DNA of 64,000 nucleotides from Tubulanus polymorphus (lineage: Eukaryota > Animalia > Nemertea): contig NC_134027.1 in the NCBI RefSeq assembly GCF_964204645.1, positions 1,830,485 through 1,894,484 of the forward strand, read 5' to 3'. The position numbers and the translations under genes were made by a program. Numbering within the stretch: the stretch's first letter is position 1; each line of letters opens with the position of its first letter. The notes below the pieces were generated by a model. That model was not told the DNA's origin. It saw only the letters and a list, made by a program, of their open reading frames with translations, and did not search any database. Of this stretch, positions 15,401 to 29,695 are shown one piece after another.

Positions 15401-17943
15401 GAAAAACTCAAGTTTTACCAAAGTTTCGTACTTTGACTATTTCAAAGCGGGTCGGATATTTTTGAGCGACCGTGCGTGATTTTTTTTTCTTATCATCGGA
15501 ATTGTTTTTATCCCGGGGGAGGTTGTTTCGGATCTATCGGCTTCATTTTGCGATGATTTGATTTATCGTTTCGTATCGAGCCGAACCCGAAGAAAAGACT
15601 TCTCTGGTTGGTTAATCCTGCAGATATAGTTCGTTTCCGTGTGGCGTGAGAAATAAATGCAGCTTAACATCACGCGTAGCCTCAAACAGTTTAACGAGAC
15701 GCTAAGATTACCAACAGTCAATCCACATTTCATTGACCAAGCATTGCATGCGCAGGAGTCGTCTACCGTCACAAGTCGCGTTTCCTTTGTGAATAACGAA
15801 ATTTACTGACTTCACCCGCATCATGCGCAACTGCAGTTGATATTAATTTTCTTTCACTAAGGAATTATACAGTTTATGTTGCAGCTTTAACAAAAGTGGT
15901 AAGTACACGATGTTTGGTAGATGTTCGTACGACTTTGATGACGCACCGTAGGAAATTTTCGAAACCTAACATCTCTAGTGCACTTTAGTGAACAACATTT
16001 TGCAACAATTTTAATGATACGAAACAAAAAAACTAACAACGTTCGAAGCCTTAGAAAATGCGCGTCAATTTTCTTTGTGAATAGAATAAGACATTTTCGA
16101 CGATGACTTATGAATGAAACTAATGATGTTTAATTCGACGACATGATTATAGTTGAATCGCCCAGAAATATACCCTGTCTTTCGTTGTAAATTTTAATTT
16201 GTCCCGATGGAAGGATGAAAGATAAAGCGAGGAAGACTTTTACTTTACTGTCGTTCACTAAATCATTGAGGAATATAGCAAAAAACCATTAATCATACTT
16301 ACTTACTTATATACTATAGTCCTCGGTCAGTTAACATAACTTCACCGATATAATCTAGACTAATCATAATCATAAGATGAATACAGTTTTGACAAAAGCT
16401 AATTCTTCTAATTCTTCAAATTTTCAGTTTTCATCTGAGCTAATCATAATCATGAGATAGACTTAAATTTTACTAGAGAAAATGTCAATTTTTTACTCAC
16501 ACTTCATATAATGTACAATCAATCGAACTTGCAATATGTGTTTTGATACAATTTGGTTACGGGTGGACATAATAGACAATATTCCCAGCCAACCACAATA
16601 ACAACATTTCCCCATCAATCAGCGACGGACTTAATGACATTTCTAACATTAACGTCGATTTAATTTACGTACATCGACTTACAATCAATATACACAAGGC
16701 TGATGAAATGCCGATGACCAATCATAAAACCAGTCAAAATCATCTGTAAAATCAACAATTTCAAATCGGGTTAGAATTGATCGAGAATATGCGTCGCGAA
16801 GCAAATTTCAAACGCAATTTATCTCTAAATCAATAGACATCGTTAAGAAATTCGTGCTGTGAATTGGATTCATGTTTACGAATCATTCCGGGTGATTTGG
16901 AGCTGATATTTTCAGCCTAGTCTCTACACATACATGTATTCACATATATATTGTATCATCACGAGGGAACTATCTATCAAAGTATTAAGCGAGGGAAATA
17001 AGACTTATTCGAGAAATGAAGTTGATATCCGACGCACAGAGCGATCGTACGTGTTCGAATTTTGATAAAATGCGGACAAATCGAATCTCAATAATTCAGC
17101 AATGAAATCGTGAGCGGACAATAAAATATTTGGCCAAATGTTCGCATCGTTTGAACCTAAGATATTTCCTGTTTACATAGATGTTTCATAGATTTGATGT
17201 ATTAAGATGCAAATCTCGACATGTATAAAGACAGTTCATATTTCAGTGCACCATGATTTTACTACGTGCGAACATAATATCAGATAAATTGTAAATTGTA
17301 TATGTATATCTAATGCTACCCCCTAACTGCTCTTGTCTAATTTCTCTTGAATTATTCATTACCTTTAATTGACAATTGATATCGATTTAAAAGGCACATC
17401 CATGGCGTACACAATGACGAAATGATCGTGTTACAACCGCACTCAATATTGATGATAGATTATCCGGTCATTAACGTTACTATGAAACTGTGTAACACCT
17501 CGTGACATATTGATATAGCGCAAGGAAGAACCATCGCACTAGTAAATGTAAAGCCGAGTTTTAACCATTGGTACGACGCGAAAAACATCTTTCAAAACAA
17601 ACCTGGGAGTCTGTTTTACAAATACGACTTGACATTTCATTACAGTTTCATCAGATATTGTTTTATTATGACTTGAAGCTTGAAGTCACTGCGTTCTGCA
17701 ACGACCCTCAGGTCCGCAAACTTTTGACTCGTATAAGCTCTAAATTTGTGCTGATCTAAACTATTAAGTGGATAACCTCGACTCGTTTCAGGTTCAATGA
17801 AACACCCAAAATATCGGCGGTTCATCAAAGTTTCAAGTTAATGACGAGTTTATGGATCGTCACGTGTTCCCTTCATTCGACACATACTTTTGGATTTTTA
17901 ACCCAATAGTTTAAGTGCTATTGAAATTTCAACCATTTTAATT

Positions 17944-18057
17944 CTGGATCCAGATCCACAGTCATGAGTTAGAGATAACTCTGAGTTAAAGTTAGTTCAT
18001 TTTCAATGAGTTAACCCGGAGTCAAATCTTAACTCAGAACTGTGGAACTGGGTCCAG
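17944..18057. mobile_element. 114-bp MITE / foldback element
   Basis: 19-nt terminal inverted repeats CTGGATCCAGATCCACAGT ... ACTGTGGAACTGGGTCCAG (2 mismatches), plus internal GAGTTA/TAACTC symmetry. Confidence 0.7.
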
Positions 18058-19099
18058 ATCTTTTATCATGATAACAGGAACACAATTCGTCCTGATCGGT
18101 TTACATAAGAATATCGTCAGAAGAAACAGTTAATCTAGGTGTGATTTGAAACACGTTCAATGAAAATAGCATCAGATAGTTTTTTGATTACTATTCTACG
18201 TATAGCAGTAGCTGCGAAATTATTTCTAAAAACTTTTTTCTCATTTTCCCTCCAGGTTTCGTATGTAAATTGCAGGAAATTGTTTATTAGTGAAAATAGA
18301 ACGCATCGGTTTATAATCGCAGCTATTCTAGAGGCACGTTGTCGGCTGAATCCGACATTCTAATGTCATCTACAGCATCGATTGGATTATTACAGGCGCT
18401 CGGTTGCGACATTGTACAATGCGGTATAAGATTGTAATGAGATTATAGAATATTTAAGTCACACGCAGAGATGCGGATCTGCAGCTTCTGGAAATCTTAA
18501 CTACAACGAACTGTATGTTTTAAGGCTCAATCGTTAATTAAAAGACGAAATTGAAAATCGACGACCTTGATCGCTGAAAGGTTGTCGCGATATCGGAATA
18601 CCGTCTTCGCGTGATGGCGCATTATATCGGAAGATGAGAATATCGTAGAACTGGATGAAAACATTCATTTAGGATGAAAATGATATCCACAAAATTACAT
18701 CCCATGCGTCTACTTCAACCATGCTTCGATTAATTACGGAAGCTTTTAAAATTGCCGCTTTGCACGCAAAAATATTACATCCAACGACTAAGTTATTCAC
18801 GTGAAAGTGCTACGTGCATTAAAGTTGTTCGGCCGCTGACCCGGTGCAGCTTGGCCGTATTTACATCTAACACAAAGTCTATTAATTATTGGTTGACTCC
18901 ACTTAGGTCTTACTAACATCAATATGGCTGATCTGTTGTGGTAATTGTAATGTAAAATCGAAACTGAAATTGCCTATCATGTATGTACGGGCGTCACGAA
19001 ATTCACCGGAATATTTATAAAATCAGAGCTCGGTCGAATATAGTCAGGAAATATAAAGTCCCTTAGAAATCGCAGCTAAAAAATAATTATTTATAAAAT

Positions 19100-19143
19100 C
19101 CCAAGGATTTACCCCTAAAGCCCTTTAGGGGTAAATCCTTGGG
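19100..19143. repeat. Perfect 21-bp inverted repeat with 2-nt spacer
   Basis: CCCAAGGATTTACCCCTAAAG-CC-CTTTAGGGGTAAATCCTTGGG; the arms are exact reverse complements. Confidence 0.95.
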
Positions 19144-20998
19144 CGACAACCGTCACTGACACACACAATATTCCAAGGGATTACTTTGCCCCACCCTCAC
19201 ATTCATGAAACTCTGCCCGGTATCATTTAGGTCTACAATTTCAATCAGAAATCAGCTCTAAGAATCACTGGCGAATTATTGGATTCTTCTATTCATTCTA
19301 TACTTCCATCAGAAAGTTGTAGTCAAAGTATTGAAAAACCCGAAGCTCATTGATTTCACCAATCTGCCCGTGATGTTATAGGTCTTCACACAAGACATCG
19401 CCCGCTTCTATTGATCATATTCAAATATCGTATCTAGTGATTAAAACATAATTCCTCAGGGACACGAAGGAACACTAGGCTACGTGTTGTTCATGGAATT
19501 TTGAAAGAAAAGCCTTATAAGAATAACCGATATTTATAAACTGCTTTCATCGAGATCGCGGTATTTTCCATTACAGATTAAATCCGTCATATCAGTATTC
19601 ATAAGGAATGAAATGGAAACATACGTGAACTTTCCCCGATTGTTAACAGTCACGTTTTAATGCTCTCCTTGGAATTTTATATGGAAAGTAATCTTGTCCA
19701 AATAGCGCTAAGCCAGACGACTGTTTCCGGATATGCTGTAGATTCAACGTCACTCTTTCTGGCGCAGTTTATATCATTCCGGAAAAGATTTTTTTCTACC
19801 GTATTTTCCGATTGAGAAAACACGGCTTTTGAAGGAAACTTTAGAAACCCTTCACACACACTAGCACCCGGCACTCTCATTTTTTTACAATCATTACCGC
19901 GTTTCGAATAGAAATATCCACCTTCAAGTGGCACGGTTTTTCGCTGATTAATTTCACAATGATGCACAGAATGGTTGCAGTATACGGATCAGAGGGGAGG
20001 GGGAGCACGTTAACGTGAATTCGATCTCTAGTTTTAATAAAACAAGAGAAATGGAAGGATAGATTTATAGGACTTGGTTTTGATTTATTAAGGAGTGCCC
20101 ATAAATTGTTTAACAGGAAACTAGAGGTTTTCTTATCGTTCGAAGCGGCGACAAATATAGATAAATCCAAGCCTCGCTTCGAGTTCGCATATCATTTTGT
20201 TTCTAAAGATTCTCTGATAAAAATAACACCGTAAAGTAAACGATGATTGGTTTACAACATCTTCCGGCAAAAAGAATCCGAACGATAACGAAATTATAGT
20301 TCGCAGATTGTGAAATAATTGTGATTTACTGGCAGTAAGACCAGGCAGCGAATTTACATCGCACTAGTTTAATGATATCATTTTTTGCGTTGGAGAGAGA
20401 GAGACTAAAACGTTTCTGGTGGTTTTGAATTCAATAACGGATAAATGGAGAATGATAACATTTCTGTGTTTTTGTAGATTCTTAGGAGGAAACATTGTTT
20501 TTCTCCATTTGGAAACATTAGATAAAAATTGATCACATTCCTATCCCTTGACATCGACGTCACTTTATCTCACGGAAACAAGCCGAACGGGCTAGTTCTG
20601 AAATAGATCGGTCTAATTGACATCGGACACAGGATCATACAACGGCTACAGTTATGTTTTCCTGTCGCGGAATGGCTAAGATTACCATTTTCCGTGCGAT
20701 CAGAAAGACCTATTAAAGGCCTAATAATTTCATTAGCGAACCTTACCTCTCGGATGTATGGAACACTGCCCCTTCCCCGTCAGGGATCGCTTTACTGCTT
20801 CGACAATTGCACTTACCGTTCATACTCTACACTCATTATTTTCTCTTTTTGATGTTTTCCAACTTATAAAAAGCGGGTACAACGCAAATGCTTTTTGTTG
20901 CCACGGGCATTTCGGTGTTAGATCGACGAGAAGTAAGTTTTCAGTTGACTACTGGCATTTACATGTTATTTGTTATTCGATTCGTTATTTCAGACTAC

Positions 20999-21893
20999 AG
21001 AGAGAGAGAGGGACAGAGGGAGAGGGAGAGGGAGAGGGAGAGGGAGAGGGAGAGGGAGAGAGAGGGACAGAGGGAGAGGGAGAGGGAGAGAGAGGGACAG
21101 AGGGAGAGGGAGAGGGAGAGGGGGAGGGAGAGGGAGAGAGGGAGATAGGGAGAGAGGGAGATAGGGAGAGAGGGAGAGAGAGAGAGAGGGAGATAGGGAG
21201 AGAGGGAGAGAGGGAGAGAGGGAGAGAGGGAGAGAGGGAGAGAGGGAGAGAGGGAGAGAGGGAGATAGGGAGATAGGGAGAGAGGGAGATAGGGAGGGAG
21301 AGAGAGAGGGAGAGAGGGAGAGAGGGAGAGAGAGAGAGAGGGAGATAGGGAGAGAGGGAGAGAGGGAGAGAGGGAGGGAGAGAGAGAGGGAGATAGGGAG
21401 AGAGGGAGAGAGGGAGAGAGGGAGGGAGAGGGAGAGGGAGAGGGAGAGGGAGAGGGAGAGGGAGAGGGAGAGGGAGAGGGAGAGAGAGGGACAGAGGGAG
21501 AGGGAGAGGGAGAGAGGGAGATAGGGAGAGAGGGAGATAGGGAGAGAGGGAGAGAGAGAGAGAGGGAGATAGGGAGAGAGGGAGAGAGGGAGAGAGGGAG
21601 AGAGAGAGAGAGGGAGAGAGGGAGAGAGGGAGAGAGGGAGAGAGGGAGAGAGGGAGATAGGGAGATAGGGAGAGAGGGAGAGAGGGAGGGAGAGAGAGAG
21701 GGAGAGAGGGAGAGAGGGAGAGAGGGAGAGAGAGAGAGAGGGAGATAGGGAGAGAGGGAGAGAGGGAGAGAGGGAGGGAGAGAGAGAGGGAGAGAGGGAG
21801 AGAGGGAGAGAGGGAGGGAGGGAGAGAGGGAGATAGGGAGAGAGGGAGATAGGGAGATAGGGAGAGAGGGAGAGAGGGAGAGAGGGAGAGAGA
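20999..21893. repeat. ~900-bp GA-rich compound microsatellite (GAGGGA, GGGAGAGA, GGGAGATA units)
   Basis: Directly visible near-pure purine tract. It explains the low-complexity ORFs at 20758-21939. Confidence 0.98.
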
Positions 21894-22946
21894 TCAGGTT
21901 ATAGGTACATGGCGTTTTGTCCCTCAGTTTTACTCCCACATTGGGCCTGATTTCCCATCACAATTAATGCGATAAGTAATTGGCAGGAAATATGAGTCCT
22001 TCATGATTCCCGAGTAATCAGATTCGCGCTGTATATCCTACCGAATACGTGACATGTTTTCTTAATTACGCATACGTATATTTTTGGAAGCCGTTACCAA
22101 TTACGGCGTATGAGAAATGTGTTTTTTTTTCAAAAACAATGTTTGCCGTTTAACAAAAGGTACAAAAAGGTCAAAGAAAATGATGACACGTCTTAATATA
22201 AATTACGTGAATTGTTGTCGCGCAAACAGCAGTATTCCAAACCGATCTCTTACAGTTCAGGTCTCATCAGGTGATCTACATGGCTATTTCCCGTCTCAGT
22301 GCGCCTTTATATTTCTGACATCTGAAAGTTCAACAAAATGTCAAGCATTTGCCGGATGATTACCTTCAGTTGACTCTGTGTACATAGATTGGGGACACTT
22401 TCACCGATCTTACGTACTAACTGTACCCTTGCTTTATATATGAAACTGACAGCTTCTCTTTGTTTTTTTCAGTTCTTCAATAACAAGTTGTTGCCATTTA
22501 CTAATCCACGCAGCCACTGGTCTAATACATAAAGATCCACACGCGAGAAGGCATCGATCTAGCAATCCGATGACAAAAATTTACTTTTAAAGCAATAGAA
22601 CGCACAAGTCCTAAGCCGTATCTGTGTTTTCCGTTTGCGAAGTGCTGTAGAAAATAATCGGAAATCCTGTGACTCGGTGAACTATGTTCGACAATTTCCC
22701 GCATCATCGTTAACTCAAACTAACCAGTCAGTCGTTATCCATTCGCCAAAATATTCAGAAAAACGCAATATTCATCAAGGATATTTTTTTCTCTCGAAGA
22801 ACAAGCCAGATCGAGCATCTGTTCTGGAAATAGTCTACGACGTTGAATTGATTAAAAGTCGAACGTTCAATGAATGGATACATCTTAGCTGAGGAAACTA
22901 TGCTTCTCAATAGACCGTATTGAAGCCTCTAAATTCAACTGATATT

Positions 22947-23996
22947 ATGGATGTACCGAAATCAAATTTTTCTGGCCACATCAATCAAACGATGCCGCCG
23001 CGTTTCACTGTGCTTCGCTCGAATACGGTCGAAGCTCAGGCCTGTTTTAGTAAGTATTACGAACCGTTTGTGATAAGTTTCGGAATATTCCTGAACAGTG
23101 TGCTCATACACACGTATAAACGCGCAAAAGTGAGAAAATTCTCAGGTTGTTTACCCGCCTTATCCGGTGCTGAAATCGGCTGTCTTTTAGTGCACATATT
23201 CCATTGGTTGAAGAGTCGAGCGAAAGTAGATGCAAAATCGGTGACAGGTATCTGTCAGGTGAGCATGTACGGGACATACGCGTTTAACTTTCTCGTCGCC
23301 TGGTTCCTGGTTGGACTTGTCTCTGAGAGAATTTTCGCCATGGGCCATCAGATCTGGGAAACTAGAAAAATAACGAAATTCCTGATGAACCTTTACGTGA
23401 CAATTATAAGTCTTGCCGGTTGTCTTCTGTACACCATGTGTCTTTGGACATTTGGTATCAACCCTATAATCGGCTGTACGGTCCTCCACGCCTTCCAAAA
23501 GGCTAATAGGATATTTGCTTACGTAGATGCACTAATCGCTGTACTCATACCTATTCTCTTACTCGGTGTACTTGCTGTGTTGATGTTGATTCTTTACGTG
23601 CAGTTCATAGTGCGATATGTGATTAAAAATCTGCCCAGGGAGCGACGAGTGGGTATTCGCGATCTCGGCAATCATAAGGACGAAAGCTGTGTTTCATTAG
23701 CCGTACTGATCGTCGTGGTGACGCATCTGGCGATGATTCTACCGGACAAATATCTACATGTAGAATATATCATTATTGAATTATCTGGAATTCTGCCACA
23801 AGTAGGCCCGACCACGATCGTACAGCAAATGATCTTCAAAGATGTTCTGTTGACCTGCTACGCGTTCAATCCAATCATCTATTTCGCGTGTCTGAGCAGT
23901 TTGCGGTCGACTTTTTATGAGAATGTAACCAGATGGCCATGTTTACAAGACAAACGACCAATGCAACCGGTCGGGATAGAATCCGAGGTCGCGTAA
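22947..23996 (+). CDS. Single-exon rhodopsin-like (class A) GPCR, orphan peptide/chemoreceptor-like, 349 aa
   Basis: First in-frame ATG at 22947. N-terminal sequons NFS/NQT, seven hydrophobic segments, TM1 GxxxN (GIFLN), Cys 25 residues before the R of ERIF (DRY equivalent), ECL2 Cys, TM7 NPIIY. Confidence 0.88.
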   Translation: MDVPKSNFSGHINQTMPPRFTVLRSNTVEAQACFSKYYEPFVISFGIFLNSVLIHTYKRAKVRKFSGCLPALSGAEIGCLLVHIFHWLKSRAKVDAKSVTGICQVSMYGTYAFNFLVAWFLVGLVSERIFAMGHQIWETRKITKFLMNLYVTIISLAGCLLYTMCLWTFGINPIIGCTVLHAFQKANRIFAYVDALIAVLIPILLLGVLAVLMLILYVQFIVRYVIKNLPRERRVGIRDLGNHKDESCVSLAVLIVVVTHLAMILPDKYLHVEYIIIELSGILPQVGPTTIVQQMIFKDVLLTCYAFNPIIYFACLSSLRSTFYENVTRWPCLQDKRPMQPVGIESEVA

Positions 23997-26900
23997 AAAC
24001 AAAATCATTTCATTTGCCTTTTTGCCCTCGAAAGAATGAGAAAATAATCATCGCTTTACCAAATATTTGACCGTAAATTTCCGATGAACGCAGTGAGTTT
24101 GCATGATCGCAAACTCGTATATATATATATATATACATATTTCACCGAAAAAAGCTTCGATTAAATCGATGTATTGAATCTGACTTGATGCGGTCGCAAA
24201 AGCCGTTTGTAAGTGCACGGATAGCAGAAACGTGAACCGCTACTGACCTTCTAGTCACAGATATTTGGTTTTTAATAATGCAAAGATAGTTTCCTGCACT
24301 TGGTAATCATCTTACCCACTACGACAGCGAAAATAATGTTATAAAAGTGGGTATTACTTATTACGTATATGACTTATTTGCGTTCATGAAAGATTTATGA
24401 ATATATATTATTCCTATACACGTATCGGTAATACCTGGATGGAGAGAGGTGACATAACTGGATTATGTGTTCATCCATTCAGTGCCTTAAGCTGCGTATA
24501 TATGAAATGTTTCTGTTCGGGAGATGCGGTGTATAAATGTACTGTATATACAAATACTTTTAAATCGGAAGCTTCGTTTTTTGCATAGAAATATTATGTA
24601 TTCCATAAAACTTCGTTTTCTGTTCATAAAAATTCTTTCTTTCATGCAGATGTGCTTTTTTTGTAAAAATAAAGGTTTTTCAGAATGTTGAAGAATTTTG
24701 TTCGAAATGATATCATGGTTCACCAGCTGTTCCCCCAGTCCCGGAAGCAGTTGTGTCTACAATTATACTAGTTCTCCCACCTGTAGTCACTGATGACACT
24801 AGTTTTCGTGGTGAGTTACTACCAGCCAGTCTCAGGATACACAGTTTTTATAGGATGGCCACCAAAAATCTGAACATTAATCTGAAGCCTTATCTGAAGA
24901 TTACTGTTTGTAGTAATTATGAAAGTACCTTTATGCGTGGTGGCCAAGCGTTCTCGCGTTATCACTCATTTCCGTGTCCTCAACTCAAACGGGCTAATGT
25001 AATTTCCGGAATTGTTTTATAGTTATCTATTTGATACCAGAAATGATTACTACACCAAGCTATGATTATATCATCCTACCTCGTTATTCTCACAGGATAC
25101 TGCTCGATCAAACAGTCTATATTTGCCACAAGTCATCTTGTTGAACGGTATAATAATTATAAAACAATAGTAATCACAATGGGTATGAAAGAGGATTATG
25201 TATTTTTATGTATTTTTGGTATGACCAGATTTGCTATATATGACGAGATTTTTGATCGATATATTGAAAACAATCCTTGATAGCACTACAGCTAAATCTA
25301 AGCGTTCCGACGCGAGAACGAACTAAGAGTTGATATTACGAAAACCAAAAATTGACTTCGGTTTATTTGAATAAAACGGAAATTAATGCTGGCAATCTGT
25401 GGACCTCAGAATCATTCATCATCTCAACATTGGTTTATCTTACTGGTGATTATACAATATAGGATAATAGCTCCGTTATATTGTGCAAATTTACTGTTAT
25501 ACTCGATGCACGTTATAAGGGATGTTTAAAATCATATTAATCATTATTGAGTGTAAACGTTGTTGACCATTTTGCGAGGGAATTGATCGGTCCGTCGACA
25601 TGTCGACACGGATTTTGGAAAAGATGGATCACGGGTATACATTCTGACGTAATGTGTGAAATACAACAGGTTGATTGTACGGTACGTTAGCAACGCCGGG
25701 TAGCCTACGCGACAACGGTAACTTTGTATTACATTCCAAAAGTGACGTTGATAGATGAAAGTCAGCATGATTAATTATGATTTGAACACAAGCGCTAATT
25801 CTCATGAATTGCTGGGTAAATTGAGTATTAATGATTAAAGGGATTTTTATCGACGGTTACCGCATGAAATTACTAAACACATTAATTCGTTTTCTTCGCG
25901 TAGTTCAGCTCGAGTATGTCACTCATCTTTTTTTAGAGAGGGAAGCCGCAAAATCCGATTGGAATATCGAGCAATTTAGGCCGATTACTGTTTGCATTCG
26001 CTCTCTCCATACACAATTATCATGTTATCCAAAATTTCCGAACAAATTACAGCAATTGTGTCTATTAGACCGGCCGCACTGAACTAGCGTATGGTTCAGC
26101 AGAATTTGCTGTCTAATGATATCTGTGTTCGTCTAAAGAGCTCAATTGTCCTGTTCTCCTATAGTTGAATATACTATGAAAGTACGGTTTCTGTAAAAGA
26201 AACCAAACAACTTGACAGTCTTATGACAGAGACGTAGTTGGCATTTGAAGAGAGCTCATTCGACTTTTTAACTGGCAAGTACTTAGGGCCTCCCTGCGGA
26301 GCGCTAATGTAGATAACCTGTTCATTAAAGATAAGGCTGAGCCATCCACTGATCACACCAAAGGGAAATAACAGACTAGTTAACTTTTAAAAACACTAGA
26401 TTTGCCAAGAACAAACCGACTACACATCACCAGCCAACTCGACAACAACTTCATCGAAAAAAGAAACATTTTAGAAATTCTAATCCTGAAGTTCGGGTAA
26501 TTCAGCTATTTTACGTTCAAATAGATTCCACCTGTTTTATTTAGATGTTATGTCAGTTTCTCAGAATAAAACGTTCCTTTTTGGGAAACTGGGCGTAAAT
26601 AGTTTAGAGCCTGTTCACCACACCTCAAACAAACGACTTGTACATCAAACAATCATGTTATATCAATGTCAATGTAGGTGTTACGTCTATGTTTAGTAAT
26701 TCTTGAAGAGAATCGTGATTAATACAGAGAATCTATTCGAATCCTTGGCCGCCTCGCTTATGGAAATACATTAAACGTGACACTACTTTCACGAGGTGAT
26801 ATCTCGTCTCATTTATCGTGTATAGATCTTGTAATAGGACTTTGAGGATGTATGGCTGCTTCCATACAGCCGTTTCGTGGAATCGAAACTTTTCAAATGT

Positions 26901-29412
26901 ACAAATATATAGATGCATAGAATTTAGAGGAACTTCTCGAAAATACCGAAAATATTGGCGAAAACAGAAGTCTCCGATAGTCTCACCAGAAAATGATTAG
27001 CATTTTCCAGTTACTATAGTCTATAAGTGGCCTTTGTTCTAAAAAACTGAGGGAGAACAACATATTTTCGTAAGCGATAAAAAAAGGAAAATGATGGCGA
27101 TCATCTTAAGAATATGGCGAATAATATGAAAACACAGCGTGTCATTATTACGAAAATATGAGGACGCGCGATAGGTGGCAGTCACATTACGTGCGAAGAC
27201 TGTACTAGTAGTGAAAGTGAGTTGGTTCTATTGATGACACTGGCACCTGACTCCTTTACTCGGTATGAGGCCTGTCGTCTGACTCTCGCCTTAATTGCTT
27301 GCGCTTCTTGAACAGCGAAACGATGTGTTTCGTAACGCATTTGTTTTTGATGTTCAAACATACGTAGCTGTTATCGTTTTCGTGGATGATTCCGTTAGAA
27401 TCCATTAAAATATCAAAGATGGAAAAATACGTTGGAAAATTCATCAACGATGTGAAACAAGCAGTGGGAGTTGATAGTGCTTTGACATATTGAACAAAGG
27501 ATGTCAGAATGGATGAAACTTAGTATGAATTTTCTACCAGGGATTAAATCATAAAATGAAACTGCGAGTTCTATTAGAGATAAAGAACATTCGCCAGTTG
27601 CCCAAGAAAGTGGAAAACACCTTCCTTCCTATCAATCCTTCCTTGCAATCTTTTTTTTTGCTTCGGCATTAATTATCTTTTGAGCCAATCCCAGAATGTC
27701 GGTTTTTTAGTACGTATTTATGAATTCAGTAATTATGGAATATTTCCCTTCTACGATGACGATGGGTTGTTTGTGACTGATACGCGATACGCGGAGGAAG
27801 CGCATCAATCATATGTCACTAGTGATAAGACGGTAATTCGTCAGGACGCGTGAGATCATACAGACGTTCCATAACGGACACCCTCAATCATCATCGAATA
27901 ACAACATTATTAATTGATTACACACACTGACAACTGATGTTGTTGATGATTATGATAATTGATAATAATTATCCTACGATCATACACAATGCATTAAAAG
28001 AACAATATATTCTGCTAGTGAATCCTACTGCACCACTGTCCGTTAAGAAGGCAATAACGTGCAAATTTTCTGCAAAATGTCACAAAAGGCGCTTACGTAA
28101 AGGTTTTTCGTGCACTCGCAGATAAAACAGTCTTAAAAAGGCGAAAAGTGGTCGGGTTTAGAATCTGTTGCCTGAGGCAACGTAATAGAGGAATCATCGT
28201 AAAATTCGGGTCATTCGAGAGCATTTTGCAACTAAATGCTACTTAAGCGACTCGGCCATACGAGAGAGACCATTCATAATGGCAATGTATTTGGCGTAAA
28301 GACCCGCCGAGAGAATACGGATAAACCTCTATGCATTCACACGTTCTGATCGATGCTTCCTGGACGGTAGTAAATTTCCCGACGGCAAGGTTGGATTTGT
28401 CCACGAGTAAGAAATACCAACGGATAAGAAGTAAGGTATAGGAAGCCCGAGAGAAGATTACACACCGATGACGAATTAGAAAATGAACATTTCATCTCCA
28501 ATGAAATCATGATGAAATTGTAACGAGTTTTCTTTACTTTACTTAATTGGACAAACTCTTGGTTTCACGAGTGCTATACTTACAAAAAATGGCTTAGACC
28601 CGTATAAAATCGGAATGGATCATGTATATATGTTTCATAATTCTACAAGCACACACAGATTTGACTCGATTTCCAGTTTGCATTATATATGATTCGTATT
28701 CGAAATGAAAAATCTCTTGTCTCGATGAAATTCTTAACTCCTATTCAAAAAGTGGAACAGACAATTAAATTCATCCCCAATAATCCCATTACATAATTCA
28801 CATATGTATTCTTTTTTTTATTATATTCATTCTTTATTTTGCTAATAAACATGAATTAGATATAAATTACATAATTTTTTTTTAAACATACATTTTTTCG
28901 TCCTGCTCTATGATATTTCATCTACAGTTTCTGCGTGGTAGTATTTTTCCATTTTACAGCAATATTATGATTGCGTCATGACAAAAGAGTTCTAGCAATT
29001 ACAAGGTTCATATATACATTTTCCACAGTGACAGAATAAAAAATGAACTGTACATCACATTACATTATAGAGTATATTACAGTAATTCTAGTATAAAATC
29101 TTCTCAGCAGAATTTTCTAGGATGAGATTTTCTAATGCAGATTTATTGCGCTATCCAGATGTTCCTAAATACACATAATCTAATAGACGATAAACAGTTA
29201 CACTATCATTCATGCACTAATTCTCATAAAGTTATTATGAAAATCACCATTATCTGCTATGCCATTAACTAATAGAGCTTTAAAGCTTCGCTAAGTATAA
29301 AAATTACCAATTTGTTGGAAATTTCATTAAACTTTTATCTTAGCCCCAGGAGAATGCGATACCGATTACTTTTTTGTCAGAATTCAGCTTGAATAGAAAT
29401 AACAAAGTTCCT

Positions 29413-29695
29413 CGTACTCCGTTACGGCTCTACTCTCCGGAGTACTCCGTTAAGATTCTACTCTCCGGAGTACTCCTTTACGATTCTAGACACTCCGGAG
29501 TACTCTGTTACGATCCTAGACTCCCCGGAGTACTCCATTACGATTCTAGACTCTCCGGAGTACTCCGTTTCAGTTCTAGATTCTCCAGAGTACTCCGTTA
29601 CGATTCTAGACTCTCCGGAGTACTCCGTTATGGTTGAAGACTCTCCGGAGTACACAGTTCTAGAATCCCCGGAGTTTTCCACACACGGTTCTAGA
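29413..29695. repeat. 30-bp minisatellite, about 9 copies (CTCTCCGGAGTACTCCGTTACGATTCTAGA)
   Basis: Head-to-tail units without spacers, degenerate at both ends. Confidence 0.93.

Noticed and set aside
20758-21939. ORFs up to 314 aa rich in EG/RG/LSPS
   Set aside because: Translations of the GA-rich microsatellite, with no non-repetitive domain.
29374-29695. CRISPR array or repeat protein
   Set aside because: Units are contiguous with no unique spacers, there are no cas genes, and the context is eukaryotic. The ORFs result from a stop-free 30-bp unit.
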